Positions 1 through 9,947 of a stretch of 64,000 nucleotides of DNA are shown here, piece after piece. Below the pieces are notes generated by a model that saw only the letters and a list, made by a program, of their open reading frames with translations, made no database searches and was not told the origin of the DNA. Every line of letters starts with the position of its first letter. The stretch's first letter is position 1. The stretch is from positions 9,297 to 73,296 of IMG/VR virus record IMGVR_UViG_3300035698_014711. One strand, given 5' to 3'. The DNA is from a virus. A program made the translations under genes and the position numbers.

Positions 1-78
1 ACCTCGAGTTAATAATAGATCTGTTCTGTAGATTGCCGTCTTCAAGAGACAGTGATTTACGTATTGCCATTTATATAT

Positions 79-1914
79 TTATAACATTATTTCAACTAAT
101 TCCGAAGCTTGGAGACTGCCATTATAATAAGTTTCAAGAGATCTATTAAAGGATCCAGCATAACTATCATCCAACTCAGGAAGCTCAATATAAACTCTTG
201 CTCTGATAATACCGTCTGGGTCATAAGTATGATAGTCAAGTCTCAATTTATCAAAGTAAGCAAATTGGCTCCACTGGCGAGCCAAATCAAAAACCTTTGA
301 GTTATCAACTGTGCCGTTTTGATTTATGACTGTGTAAGAAATAGCTCTACCGTTTCTACCGAGATCAGCAAGAGAACCAGTTGCTACAGCTTCACCCTTT
401 TCAGGTCTATAAATTCCTTCATCAATAATGATTCTATGTTTCTTGAATAGTGCTGAATCGGCAAAATATGCTTGGACATGAAGATATTTTGCTACTTCAA
501 GTCTTTCACCTCTTTGCATGTGGTCAAGTGAAGTCCGTTCAGTTGAGCTTCCGAGAAATTTACCCAGAGAAGAACGAGCTGAAACTTTAGTTGATCCGTC
601 TAATGTAAGATCATCCTGTAAAGCAATAGGATCATATGCAATCTGTCCTGTAAACGATTTCTTCGGCGCAGTATTAGAAGTGAATCTTCTTTTCTTAGAA
701 TCAGAACCAATAAGATCTTCACCTCTAATAGTCCCAGAGAATGTTCTACCCAATGCCTGAGGTATAACTCGAACAATAGAGCTATTTAATTTTCCCTCAG
801 CAATTTGAGTTTTCAAAAAATCAGCATTTGAAGAGTGATTAGTATTTCTCAATTTGGAAATTACTTGAGCCGAGGTTAGTGTTTTTGATGTAGCGTTTCC
901 GTTATCTGATGATCTATCTATAGAGTTCTTAATAGAATTATCAGGATCAATCTTTACCTTTGAAACACCAATTGAAGACTTATTAACAGCATCAGAAACA
1001 ATGCCTGAAGTAGGCAGAACAGTAGCTGTATCAGTTCTAGCTGGAACAGAACCTCCCACAACAGCAAGAGGTGCGCCTAAAGCTCTATGAGACAGTTCAG
1101 CATATTCTGCAACGCCAGTAAGGTCGCCGTGAAAGGTAGAAGCATAGGCTACCATTCCTGCTCCACCAATAGTTCCAACTGAACCTATAATAGTCATTGA
1201 AGGGGCACTCATGTTGAGAGACTGTGAAGAGAAACTCATACTGGACTCAGAACTCTGCTTAAGCACACCCGAAGCTGTTATGGATGCACTACCGTCAACG
1301 GCAATAACGGTATCACCCTTAGAGAACAGCTTATACGAGCTTAGGTGTGTTTGCACAGTAGGACCTGCAACAATCATATTACGTGAGCCCTTCACAACTT
1401 CATTGCTATTTCCCATGATATAAGTCTGAGTAGAAAAAGCAATTGTTTCAGATTTAGATCCGCCAACAGTCACATTGTAATTTCCACCCACATCAACTTC
1501 ATAATCTCCATCAACTTTTAGCTTAAGAGATCCTTTGTAGTTCATTTCACCATTGCCTTCAACAATTAGCTTATGTGATCCTGCCACAATTTCTACTTTA
1601 TTACCTCCTGCAACAACAAGAATAGATCCATCGGGCCTAAATTCAATTCCAGCACCTGAGGAATGCTTAATAAGAATTCTCTCATTTCCAAGTGTATCAT
1701 CATACTCAGTTACATGCCCACCTGGAGTCTCGTTAGTTCTCACATTTGGATAAACTGAACCAGAACCCGGCTGTAATTCAAGATCAAGACCTTCAACAGA
1801 ACCTCCAGTCTCTAATTCATGTCTGAAACCTCCCTGCGCGGATAAATTAAGAGAACTTTCACCTCGATAATCATCTCGAGGAAATTCACCATTTATATCT
1901 CTATGATCGCTCAT
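79..1914 (-). CDS. gp5-like baseplate hub/spike, C-terminal part (beta-helix repeats)
   Basis: YPNVRTNETPGGHVTEYDDTLGNERILIKHSSG plus VxGNxxxxVxG repeats typical of T4 gp5; no N-terminal OB fold. Confidence 0.8.
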   Translation of the reverse strand: MSDHRDINGEFPRDDYRGESSLNLSAQGGFRHELETGGSVEGLDLELQPGSGSVYPNVRTNETPGGHVTEYDDTLGNERILIKHSSGAGIEFRPDGSILVVAGGNKVEIVAGSHKLIVEGNGEMNYKGSLKLKVDGDYEVDVGGNYNVTVGGSKSETIAFSTQTYIMGNSNEVVKGSRNMIVAGPTVQTHLSSYKLFSKGDTVIAVDGSASITASGVLKQSSESSMSFSSQSLNMSAPSMTIIGSVGTIGGAGMVAYASTFHGDLTGVAEYAELSHRALGAPLAVVGGSVPARTDTATVLPTSGIVSDAVNKSSIGVSKVKIDPDNSIKNSIDRSSDNGNATSKTLTSAQVISKLRNTNHSSNADFLKTQIAEGKLNSSIVRVIPQALGRTFSGTIRGEDLIGSDSKKRRFTSNTAPKKSFTGQIAYDPIALQDDLTLDGSTKVSARSSLGKFLGSSTERTSLDHMQRGERLEVAKYLHVQAYFADSALFKKHRIIIDEGIYRPEKGEAVATGSLADLGRNGRAISYTVINQNGTVDNSKVFDLARQWSQFAYFDKLRLDYHTYDPDGIIRARVYIELPELDDSYAGSFNRSLETYYNGSLQASELVEIML

Positions 1915-3746
1915 TGCATAATCCTTCTAAGCCAGGCGGGAGCATATCTCGCCCGCGCAGCTCTGCCGCCCCAATATTTAGCTGCTCCAACTCCAGGCTG
2001 TCCGTAAGCAATATCTACATGAATTCCTAAGTTCTGCATATATCCGCCGCCAGCACCAATTGCTGAAATACCATTTGATTTCGCATTTCTACAGAAGCTT
2101 TCTATTTTCGGTAAATCTGCTTCAACAGCAGAACTTAATCTTCTGCCGCCTGAATAGATCCATATGTCTGCTGCATAACCATTGTCATGTCTTCTTGATC
2201 CTGTTCTTCTACCCGATGGCGCTTGGCCGCCAGAATAGATAACAGCACTGAGACCTGCCGAGCGCGCTGCAGACTCAATCATTTCAAAAAGTGATCTCTG
2301 AATGGGCTGATTTCTAATTTTATTTGAAAACCCTGCCACATAAGAAAGAGTATCAGTTGAATTAGATTGTCTGCCTTCAATTAGTGAAGCATTTCTATCA
2401 GCAGTTTCAGTACTAAGTGTAGAGTTTCTATGAGAGCTTGGATTAAAGCCTGGACTTGAGCTATTCTGATTAATTTCGTTTCTACCGAGAACAGAAGTTC
2501 CAGGATAAACTCTAAAGAAGCTTCGTGAAACCATGCGATAAGTATTCATTTGAGCTGGAGTTAATGAAGCAAGAGAAAGAGTACGGTCTTCAGCATGTGC
2601 GCCTGTCATGGCAGCATACCCGCCTACAAATCCTACTATTATATTTGTTCCATCAATTACAACATCAATTGGCACCATTCTCTGAAGATTTCCATTTCTT
2701 AATATCAGATAATGAAAATCATATTGATTTAGTCTCAGAAGGTCTTGTGCTTTAAGATCTTCATCCATAAATGTTTCAGTCCAATCGAGAATAATAGCAT
2801 CAACATTTCTATGTGATGTCCTTAAGTCTGCTTCAAATTCCTGAGAAGTATTGACAAAGGTGAAGATATTGTCTACTGAGTTTTGAGAAGTAATAGGAGT
2901 AGTTATAACTCCATCAAGAACACTCCACAAGTTTGTATTTGACCCAAGTCTTAGTACATCTTCAATTGAATTAATATTAGAAATAGCATCAATTGAAAGA
3001 GTAATAGAAGAAACAACTCCCTCTATCTCAGCAATAGTCATATTTGATGTAGCTTTAAGAAGACTTACTGATTCCTGTATATTTCCCACCATCAAAAGAT
3101 TCACTACCTTATCAGCAGTAACTGAATCAATTGGGGAAGTTAAAACAGAATTGAGTTGGTCTAAAATGCTTGAATTTGTAGGCAGAAGAATACTATTCAG
3201 AATTCCATTGGATGCATTGGGAATTAGACCTGTGAGCTTTCCGACAAGATCAGTAAGACGAGAAGTAAAAATATCTGCTGTACTTAGAATAGTAGAGATA
3301 TCTCTTACAAGAGGAAAGGAGGAAAATTTACCCAATGTTGCTTGAATTTCTCTAGTACTTATTGAGCCTGTGTTTGTTAATAATCCATTAACACCACGAG
3401 GTGTCATAGAACCGATACTGTTATTCAGAAAATCAGCCGTAACTATATCACCAGTTAGACTTGATAATTCTGAAGCAAAAGAACTCTGATTCTGTAAAGA
3501 TGCATCAACTCCGGTCACAGCTGGAGTTAATTGCCCAATTGGAATTCTCGCAAATAAATCATTTGTCTGGGAATCTGCATCAAGAAAAACCGAAATGGCT
3601 TCAATACCGTCTACAATAGTTCCAGCAGAGATAATATTTGTATCAATTGTGCTTAAAAACTCTTGTGAAGAAACTTCAAGCTCAGACATAAATGAACTGA
3701 AGCCTGCTGATCTGCTTACTTGATTAAGTTGGGTAAAATCTATCAT
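1911..3746 (-). CDS. Baseplate-associated protein with degenerate amidase-like region and C-terminal peptidase M15-like domain
   Basis: IILDWTET..FHYLILRNG (amidase_2-like); SRRHDNGYAADI..GIHVD (M15 H-x6-D..HxD). Confidence 0.6.
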   Translation of the reverse strand: MIDFTQLNQVSRSAGFSSFMSELEVSSQEFLSTIDTNIISAGTIVDGIEAISVFLDADSQTNDLFARIPIGQLTPAVTGVDASLQNQSSFASELSSLTGDIVTADFLNNSIGSMTPRGVNGLLTNTGSISTREIQATLGKFSSFPLVRDISTILSTADIFTSRLTDLVGKLTGLIPNASNGILNSILLPTNSSILDQLNSVLTSPIDSVTADKVVNLLMVGNIQESVSLLKATSNMTIAEIEGVVSSITLSIDAISNINSIEDVLRLGSNTNLWSVLDGVITTPITSQNSVDNIFTFVNTSQEFEADLRTSHRNVDAIILDWTETFMDEDLKAQDLLRLNQYDFHYLILRNGNLQRMVPIDVVIDGTNIIVGFVGGYAAMTGAHAEDRTLSLASLTPAQMNTYRMVSRSFFRVYPGTSVLGRNEINQNSSSPGFNPSSHRNSTLSTETADRNASLIEGRQSNSTDTLSYVAGFSNKIRNQPIQRSLFEMIESAARSAGLSAVIYSGGQAPSGRRTGSRRHDNGYAADIWIYSGGRRLSSAVEADLPKIESFCRNAKSNGISAIGAGGGYMQNLGIHVDIAYGQPGVGAAKYWGGRAARARYAPAWLRRIMQ

Positions 3747-4552
3747 TCAAATTGTCCAAATACTATTTCAGCATTTCTTATTCGTGTTTCAGTTGCTGCA
3801 TAAGCAGCGTTAGGTCTTTCAAACTTATCTTGAAAAACAATTGTAGCTTCTCTAATTGTATCTGTAGCTTTTAATTCACTCAGGCCAAGATAAGGTTTTG
3901 TATTCAATTCAAATATAATAAAGTCCAATTGTGTTTCAAGTGATAGATGAGATCTTCTTGTTCTTGAAGCAAAATCCTTTAAAGCATCTAATCTTCCTGC
4001 AGCAGGATTCCATTGAGCAATTCCTAAAGAACCTTCACCAGCTGCAACAATGGTTGGGTTTATATTTATTCCAGACTCTTGCATTAGATTACCAACAATA
4101 CCTGCAGCTTGTTCAGGGCTGAATCCTTTATCAATAAAGTAATTAAATGCCTTCTCAGTATTATCAGCACCTGTTAAGTCTGCTTGCTCTAGAGGAGTAT
4201 CAAACATGTAGTCCGAAAATGCTGGCCCAGTACTTCCTCTAATAGATGCGGAGACTGTTTCTTCAATCTTAGGTATTGTTCCCCAGATAATTGGAGACTG
4301 TGAAGCATTACCGTCTATAAAGTATCCTATAACTGTAGCTCCGGGTAGCACATTGGGATTCAAACCGAGGCCCGAGACTCCAGGCTCAGTAGTAGGAAGA
4401 ATTACTGCAGCCCAGGGAAGTTTACTATTGGGTATCTGGGCTGCAGTACCGTGCAACCCTCTGATTCTAATTAAGATTCTCCCAAGCTTTAATGGATCTC
4501 TATTATCAATTGCTGTTCCGACAAACCAACGGAATTTATCACCGTAGAACAT
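3743..4552 (-). CDS. gp5 N-terminal OB-fold domain fused to phage tail lysozyme
   Basis: WFVG..DPLKLGRILIRIRGLH..LPWA (gp5 OB); QAAGIVGNLMQESG..GIAQW..FERP (tail lysozyme 2). Confidence 0.85.
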   Translation of the reverse strand: MFYGDKFRWFVGTAIDNRDPLKLGRILIRIRGLHGTAAQIPNSKLPWAAVILPTTEPGVSGLGLNPNVLPGATVIGYFIDGNASQSPIIWGTIPKIEETVSASIRGSTGPAFSDYMFDTPLEQADLTGADNTEKAFNYFIDKGFSPEQAAGIVGNLMQESGININPTIVAAGEGSLGIAQWNPAAGRLDALKDFASRTRRSHLSLETQLDFIIFELNTKPYLGLSELKATDTIREATIVFQDKFERPNAAYAATETRIRNAEIVFGQFE

Positions 4553-5880
4553 TAATTATTTCCTTCAGTATTCATAAGTTTTGTCCCAGTAACATTAACT
4601 GAGTACTTAGTTCTAGAAAAGGTATGTTGTGCCGCGTAGATAAGATACAGACCTGATTTCTTTGAGTCATATATGTCATACTCAGAGATATTATCCCCAA
4701 GAGGAACAATGTTCTTCGAGAATCTCATGTGCATCATATTACCCACACAGACTTTATCAGTATCAGTTATAAATTTTCTGCCAGGTACTTCAATAGTAAT
4801 TGGAGATTTCATAATAAGATCACGTAGGTTTTCAGCAAATCTTATCTTAGAAAAATCACCCTCAAACTCTTGATCATGAATAGAGTTAATATGGTCACTG
4901 TATTGTTGAGAAAAGAATAGACGAGAATCATTAACTGAATTAAAGTTATGTAATCCTCCCATAAACTTATCATCATAAAGCTTATTATAGCTATTGGGAA
5001 ACATTTCAGCAATAGTAACATACTGCTGAAGAAGATTCATTCTGAATGTGATTTCTCTCTGATTAGTTAAATTAGTATAGTTCTGAATAGAACCAATAGA
5101 ACCATTCAGAACCTGCTTGAGGGTATTATCTACTTTTGATTCAGAAAATGCAGAGATATTATAGGACTGTATTTCAATATTCAAAGATTCACTCTTCTGT
5201 GCAAGAAGATGGGAATAAGTAAAGGCTTGATCAACTGTATTAATAGGCTCATCAAGAATCATTTGTGCTAAAGAAAGAAAATTCATCCTTTTTCTTGGCG
5301 ATAGTGATGAAAAGAAAAAATAAGGAGTACCAATTGTATCTGTTGATTTATCTCTGATTACTCTAGCTGCATCAAATGCATTTATAGAAGGCACAAGATA
5401 TCTCATTGTTGATTGTGAGCTAATTGTTGAATTAAGTTCTCTATCAATTTCAGCTTCAGCCAGAAGCTTACTCATAATAGCTTCTGGCTTGCCATCAAAT
5501 GACTTAGTAATAATACTTTTTGCCTGCTGAAAATATATGTCTTCAACTATAGCAAAGAATATTAATTCAGAATTATCATTAACCTTTTCTGATACAATTC
5601 TTTCTGTGATAACAAATCTCTTCTCGATGATTACATCAGTCTTATCTTGAAGACAATAACCCACCTCAAAGAACTCAGTACCTGAAAAATCAATAGTGTT
5701 CAAAAAATCAACTGTATCTATTATGGCTAGAGTCCCAGTCAAGTACGGCTTATCAATATGTTCATGAATGTTGAGTTCAGAAATAGCTTCTGTGATATCA
5801 TAAACATCATCAAATCTATCTGCTGATATTTCAGCCTTAGTGAAGTAATATGAATATGGTGAGGAGAAATTATCTGCCAT
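4552..5880 (-). CDS. Baseplate hub protein (gp27-like position)
   Basis: 442 aa, between gp53 and gp5; HEHIDKPYLTG and SGLYLIYAAQHTF motifs. Confidence 0.6.
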   Translation of the reverse strand: MADNFSSPYSYYFTKAEISADRFDDVYDITEAISELNIHEHIDKPYLTGTLAIIDTVDFLNTIDFSGTEFFEVGYCLQDKTDVIIEKRFVITERIVSEKVNDNSELIFFAIVEDIYFQQAKSIITKSFDGKPEAIMSKLLAEAEIDRELNSTISSQSTMRYLVPSINAFDAARVIRDKSTDTIGTPYFFFSSLSPRKRMNFLSLAQMILDEPINTVDQAFTYSHLLAQKSESLNIEIQSYNISAFSESKVDNTLKQVLNGSIGSIQNYTNLTNQREITFRMNLLQQYVTIAEMFPNSYNKLYDDKFMGGLHNFNSVNDSRLFFSQQYSDHINSIHDQEFEGDFSKIRFAENLRDLIMKSPITIEVPGRKFITDTDKVCVGNMMHMRFSKNIVPLGDNISEYDIYDSKKSGLYLIYAAQHTFSRTKYSVNVTGTKLMNTEGNN

Positions 5881-6589
5881 TTGAGCTCATTACTGATTGG
5901 AATTCTTTCACAATGCTTGAAACAGTAGACTTCTTAGGTACTTTAATTTCCTTTAAAGCATCATTAACAGTATGATAATAGTCTGTATTTGAAATAGGAG
6001 TATATGTTCCAGGTTCTACAGAAAATGGATCTATATCAACAGCATTCAGATCTGCATCAACATAATACTTAGTTGCATCTTCTTCATATGAAGAAGTTAC
6101 GAGCTGAATTGAATTAGATCCAGATATGAGAACTTCACCTTCAGAGAAGACATGTCTTCCTTCTACTGTGATTAAACCAAGCTCTAAATTTCTTGAAACA
6201 ACTGTAGTAGAAACACCAGAAGTGCTTCCGGCAAGAGTATCGCCAATGAGAAAGATAATTGAAATATCATCATAAGTACGAATTACAGTATTAGTAAAGT
6301 CCTGAGCTATCTTTTTATTGAGCTCAAACCTAGTTAAAGGCCAGCCTGATTCTTTTATATGATCATTCATAAAGTATAATAGCCAATGATAATCAGGTGA
6401 TTGATAAAACTTCTGAGACAATTGGTCAGCTCTTTCACCTTCCATTATTGTATATGTAGTATAGTAATTAAGTTCATCTTTGATTAAATCAACAATTTCG
6501 GCATAAGCAGACAAATCTTGTGTTTTAGAAACAATGCCGTCCCCAAAAGAATATTCAGTCTTCGGAAAATATTGAAAGAATTTAGCCAT
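5870..6589 (-). CDS. gp53: Baseplate wedge protein gp53
   Basis: FFQYFPKTEY..GERADQLSQKFYQSPDYHWL..WP. Confidence 0.85.
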   Translation of the reverse strand: MAKFFQYFPKTEYSFGDGIVSKTQDLSAYAEIVDLIKDELNYYTTYTIMEGERADQLSQKFYQSPDYHWLLYFMNDHIKESGWPLTRFELNKKIAQDFTNTVIRTYDDISIIFLIGDTLAGSTSGVSTTVVSRNLELGLITVEGRHVFSEGEVLISGSNSIQLVTSSYEEDATKYYVDADLNAVDIDPFSVEPGTYTPISNTDYYHTVNDALKEIKVPKKSTVSSIVKEFQSVMSSNGR

Positions 6590-7407
6590 TAGAATCCACC
6601 TTCTTCTACATCTGCTCGAGTTAACGTCTCGATTTCTTTAAAACTCATAGACAGGTTAATTTGAGCTGGATTTCCGTCTTCATGTAGAGCCGCAGCAGTT
6701 GGATTGTAAGTTGAGTTAACATTTGTCAGATAGCAATCTTTTATCTTATGAGCAAATGTTGTTCCGTTTGCTTCCATCGAGATTCTAAACTTGTTGGGAA
6801 ACCTTAAACCAAGAGGAATACTAAAACTTCCAATTTGAACATCATCAAAATTAATATTACCTAAAATAGTTTCAGGATAGAGTTCTGTTCTAAATAACTT
6901 TATAATTTGTCTAATCTGTTCTGCTTCTTGAGCTGAATCTGGAATTAAAGTAAACTCAAATGTAAACTCTCGAATATTAATTCTCTCAAAGATTGCTCTA
7001 GTATGAGGATTAACAGAAACACCCAGAGCAGCTCTAATACCACCTCGAACACCTGCTCCAGAACCGGTCAACTGCACTGCAGCTAATTTAGCTGCTTCAG
7101 AACCAAAGTTATTAAGGATGGCATCTTTAATATTGGTCATAGAATTAGATATAGAATTAACTGCTGCTCCTGTAATACTAGCACCATTATTGATACCAGT
7201 CATTGTTGCAAATCCCGCTTTACCGAGATCTGTGTTATCAAATGCAACTCCATCTTGGAATTGAATAGCAGGCGGCATATACAATGTTACAATTGGGCCC
7301 GATGGGTCTTCAATTACTGTATCACCTTCTTCAACATTTTTAATCACCTGAAAGATGATAGTTGAATTAAAGCCTTTTTGGTTTAAAGGGTATCTGAGAT
7401 TTGCCAT
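6589..7407 (-). CDS. gp48: Baseplate tail tube cap gp48
   Basis: LRYP..LYMPPAI..VNPHTRAIFE..REFTFEFTLIP..EA..LSMSFKEIE. Confidence 0.85.
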   Translation of the reverse strand: MANLRYPLNQKGFNSTIIFQVIKNVEEGDTVIEDPSGPIVTLYMPPAIQFQDGVAFDNTDLGKAGFATMTGINNGASITGAAVNSISNSMTNIKDAILNNFGSEAAKLAAVQLTGSGAGVRGGIRAALGVSVNPHTRAIFERINIREFTFEFTLIPDSAQEAEQIRQIIKLFRTELYPETILGNINFDDVQIGSFSIPLGLRFPNKFRISMEANGTTFAHKIKDCYLTNVNSTYNPTAAALHEDGNPAQINLSMSFKEIETLTRADVEEGGF

Positions 7408-7415
7408 CTAAATCC

Positions 7416-7423
7416 TATAAATA
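7416..7423 (+). promoter_or_regulatory. T4-type late promoter TATAAATA (gp4 operon)
   Basis: Exact consensus about 30 nt upstream of gp4. Confidence 0.8.
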
Positions 7424-7437
7424 AATTTAAGTATAAT

Positions 7438-7445
7438 TATTTATA
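7438..7445 (-). promoter_or_regulatory. T4-type late promoter TATAAATA (gp48 operon)
   Basis: Exact consensus on the minus strand upstream of gp48. Confidence 0.8.
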
Positions 7446-7454
7446 GGTTCTACC

Positions 7455-7937
7455 GTGGCTAAATCTGGCATTTACAAAGTTAAAAATAGAGAAAAGTATC
7501 GAGGTGATGCTGGAAATATTGTCTACCGAAGCTCTTGGGAAAAGAGAGCATTTGAGTGGTGTGATAGAAATGAAAATGTTATCAAGTTTTCTTCTGAAGA
7601 AGTGATTGTTCCATATTGGTTTGCCGGTGATAAGAAATGGCACAGATATTTTGTTGATCTTAAGATTGTAATGAAAGACGGAACAATAAGACTCATTGAA
7701 ATAAAACCCAAAGCTCAAACTATGAAGCCGAAGTTTCCAGGGAGAAAGACAAAGAGATATCTGACTGAAGCATTAGGCTTTGTTAAGAATCAGAACAAAT
7801 GGGAAGCTGCAGAAAAGTATGCAAAAGACAGAAATTGGACTTGGGAAATATGGACAGAGGATACATTAACTGCTATGAATATTCTCCCCAAAAGACTTAA
7901 AGCTCTACCAAAACTAAGAGGACCGAAGAAGAAATGA
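7455..7937 (+). CDS. gp4: Head completion nuclease gp4 (TnsA-like)
   Basis: KYRGDAGNIVYRSSWE..HRYFVD..LIEIKP..NQNKWEAA. Confidence 0.9.
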   Translation: MAKSGIYKVKNREKYRGDAGNIVYRSSWEKRAFEWCDRNENVIKFSSEEVIVPYWFAGDKKWHRYFVDLKIVMKDGTIRLIEIKPKAQTMKPKFPGRKTKRYLTEALGFVKNQNKWEAAEKYAKDRNWTWEIWTEDTLTAMNILPKRLKALPKLRGPKKK

Positions 7938-8545
7938 TTTCTCTATTTGATAAACTGAAATTAGCAGCATCACAAAAAGGCTTACAGCCTAGATCAAAAG
8001 AGTCTGTAAAATGGTTTCGACAGAGAATCTCAAGTATGAGAGGAAAAGAACTTCGCCGAATTAAAGGTGGAGATCTAATGAAACAAGATGACATAACAAT
8101 TAAGTCTGGCCCTCTACCACGCGTCGGATCAATGGCTATGTTTTTCTATGATCCGAAGCATAAGAAAACACTTCCCTACTATGATGCATTTCCGATGATC
8201 ATTCCTGTTGGGCCTGCTAAGGATGGATTCTATGGGCTTAATGTTCACTATCTTCCTCCTCTCCTGAGAGCAAAGTTTCTTGATGCTTTGCTTGATGTCA
8301 CAAACAATAAAAAGTTTGATGACAGTACAAAGTTTCAGATTTCTTACGGAATGCTTAAGGCTGCTGAAAAGCTAAAGTATTTTAAACCGTGTTTTAAGCA
8401 TTATCTATTTAAGCATGTCAGAAGCAAATTCGGCATTGTATCGCCTGAGGATTGGGAGATTGCTATATTTTTACCATCTGCTGATTGGCAGAAAGGATCT
8501 GGTTCTCAGGTCTATAGAGATTCTAGGAAGATTATCAATGGTTAA
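7934..8545 (+). CDS. gp2: DNA end protector gp2
   Basis: FFYDPKHKKTLPYYDAFP..GLNVHYLPP..CFKHYL. Confidence 0.9.
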   Translation: MISLFDKLKLAASQKGLQPRSKESVKWFRQRISSMRGKELRRIKGGDLMKQDDITIKSGPLPRVGSMAMFFYDPKHKKTLPYYDAFPMIIPVGPAKDGFYGLNVHYLPPLLRAKFLDALLDVTNNKKFDDSTKFQISYGMLKAAEKLKYFKPCFKHYLFKHVRSKFGIVSPEDWEIAIFLPSADWQKGSGSQVYRDSRKIING

Positions 8546-9068
8546 TTTCTCTGTAAATTCCTTCAAGGCTGCAGCTCATAATGGGCTGCTTCCTACCAAT
8601 AAATACCAGGTCATATTACCCGGTGATGTAAGTCCTATCTTTTCCGGGCCTAATTTTTCTGCTACTTGTAAGAATGCATCACTGCCTGGCAAACAGATTA
8701 TGACTTCTGAGAGAATAATAGGCTCGAATGTTCAGAAAATGGCATACGGATTTGCTGTTGAAGATGTAAGTCTTGTTTTTCATATCACAAACGATATGGG
8801 AATTAAGTCATATTTTGAAGATTGGACTAGATTAGCTATTAATACTGATACAGATCCTATCAAAATAGGATATAAAGAAAATTATGCTAGAGATATTACC
8901 ATTAAGCAATATAATAAGGAAAATCTTCTCGTCTATACTTGTATTCTTGAAGATGCATTTCCTATTACTATAAATGGTATTGATCTAGCCAATGACGCAA
9001 ATGCAACTGCTGAATTAACTATTCAGATTGCATATACAAAATGGAGATCTGAATTTGACCCTGCCTAA
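8538..9068 (+). CDS. gp54: Tail tube initiator gp54-like
   Basis: ATG at 8538 overlapping the gp2 stop; CKNASLPGK..YFEDW..DAFPI. Confidence 0.75.
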   Translation: MVNFSVNSFKAAAHNGLLPTNKYQVILPGDVSPIFSGPNFSATCKNASLPGKQIMTSERIIGSNVQKMAYGFAVEDVSLVFHITNDMGIKSYFEDWTRLAINTDTDPIKIGYKENYARDITIKQYNKENLLVYTCILEDAFPITINGIDLANDANATAELTIQIAYTKWRSEFDPA

Positions 9069-9774
9069 ATTAAACGCTTCCCCAAAGTTTACTACCAAGA
9101 TTCCTTCCACAGGTAAATCTGTGAGGTTCCGACCTTATTTAGTTAAAGAAGATAAGGTACTTATGATTGCTTATGAATCAGGAGATTCTGCTACTGTGCT
9201 GAGTACTGTTCTCGATACAATTGAAGCTTGCTACGACGAGATTGATGCTCGGAATCTTACTCTTTTTGACTGCTTACATCTCTTCTCAATATTGAGGTCT
9301 AAATCAGTTGGTGAAGTTGTTGAGCTCAACATTGAATGTGCAGAATGTAATGCACTTAATCCAGTTGATGTTGATCTTGAGAAGTCTGCTATGTATGAAA
9401 TAGAAGGTACTATAGAGTCTGAAACAGCTATAGCTCTTCAGGAAGATATGGACCTTATTGTCGCATGGCCGACTATGAAAGATGTTATTCAGCACCCCGA
9501 GGTCTTTACGAGTAAATCTCAAACAGAGCTTGGCTTGATCATGCTTAAAATAGTTCTTAGAGAAATCAGAACAGAAGAAGAAATAAGTCTCTTCAAGGAA
9601 GCAAGTGATAATGATATTGAAGAGTTTATTGGTTCCTTAAATGCTCGTCAATTTGCCTCAGTAAATTCTTATATTAAGAATCTCCCTGTGATGAAATATA
9701 AGATTGATTTTGAGTGCAGAGAATGTAAGCATAAGAATACTATGGAGCTGGAAGACCCACAAGATTTTTTTTAA
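9055..9774 (+). CDS. Baseplate hub assembly protein (gp26-like)
   Basis: TTG start after GGAGA; LPKL..PSTGKSVRFRPYLVKEDK..LRSKSVGE; CxxC pairs; ends DFF. Confidence 0.85.
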   Translation: MTLPKLNASPKFTTKIPSTGKSVRFRPYLVKEDKVLMIAYESGDSATVLSTVLDTIEACYDEIDARNLTLFDCLHLFSILRSKSVGEVVELNIECAECNALNPVDVDLEKSAMYEIEGTIESETAIALQEDMDLIVAWPTMKDVIQHPEVFTSKSQTELGLIMLKIVLREIRTEEEISLFKEASDNDIEEFIGSLNARQFASVNSYIKNLPVMKYKIDFECRECKHKNTMELEDPQDFF

Positions 9775-9797
9775 TATGGGCATCTCATGATTCTCTG

Positions 9798-9947
9798 ATG
9801 AATCATTTTAAGACCAATGAGATGTTAGTGGCCGAGCATAACTATTCTCTGACTGAGTTGGGAGACATGATGCCTTGGGAAAGAGAAGTCTACGTTATTA
9901 TGATAACGCAACGTAAAGAAGAAGAGGCCAAAAGATGGCAGCAATAA
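9798..9947 (+). CDS. gp51-like small ORF (not in ORF track); possibly expressed by -1 frameshift
   Basis: MNHFKTNEMLVAEHNYSLTELGDMMPWEREVY; frame is open back to the T8 run at 9765-9772. Confidence 0.8.
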   Translation: MNHFKTNEMLVAEHNYSLTELGDMMPWEREVYVIMITQRKEEEAKRWQQ

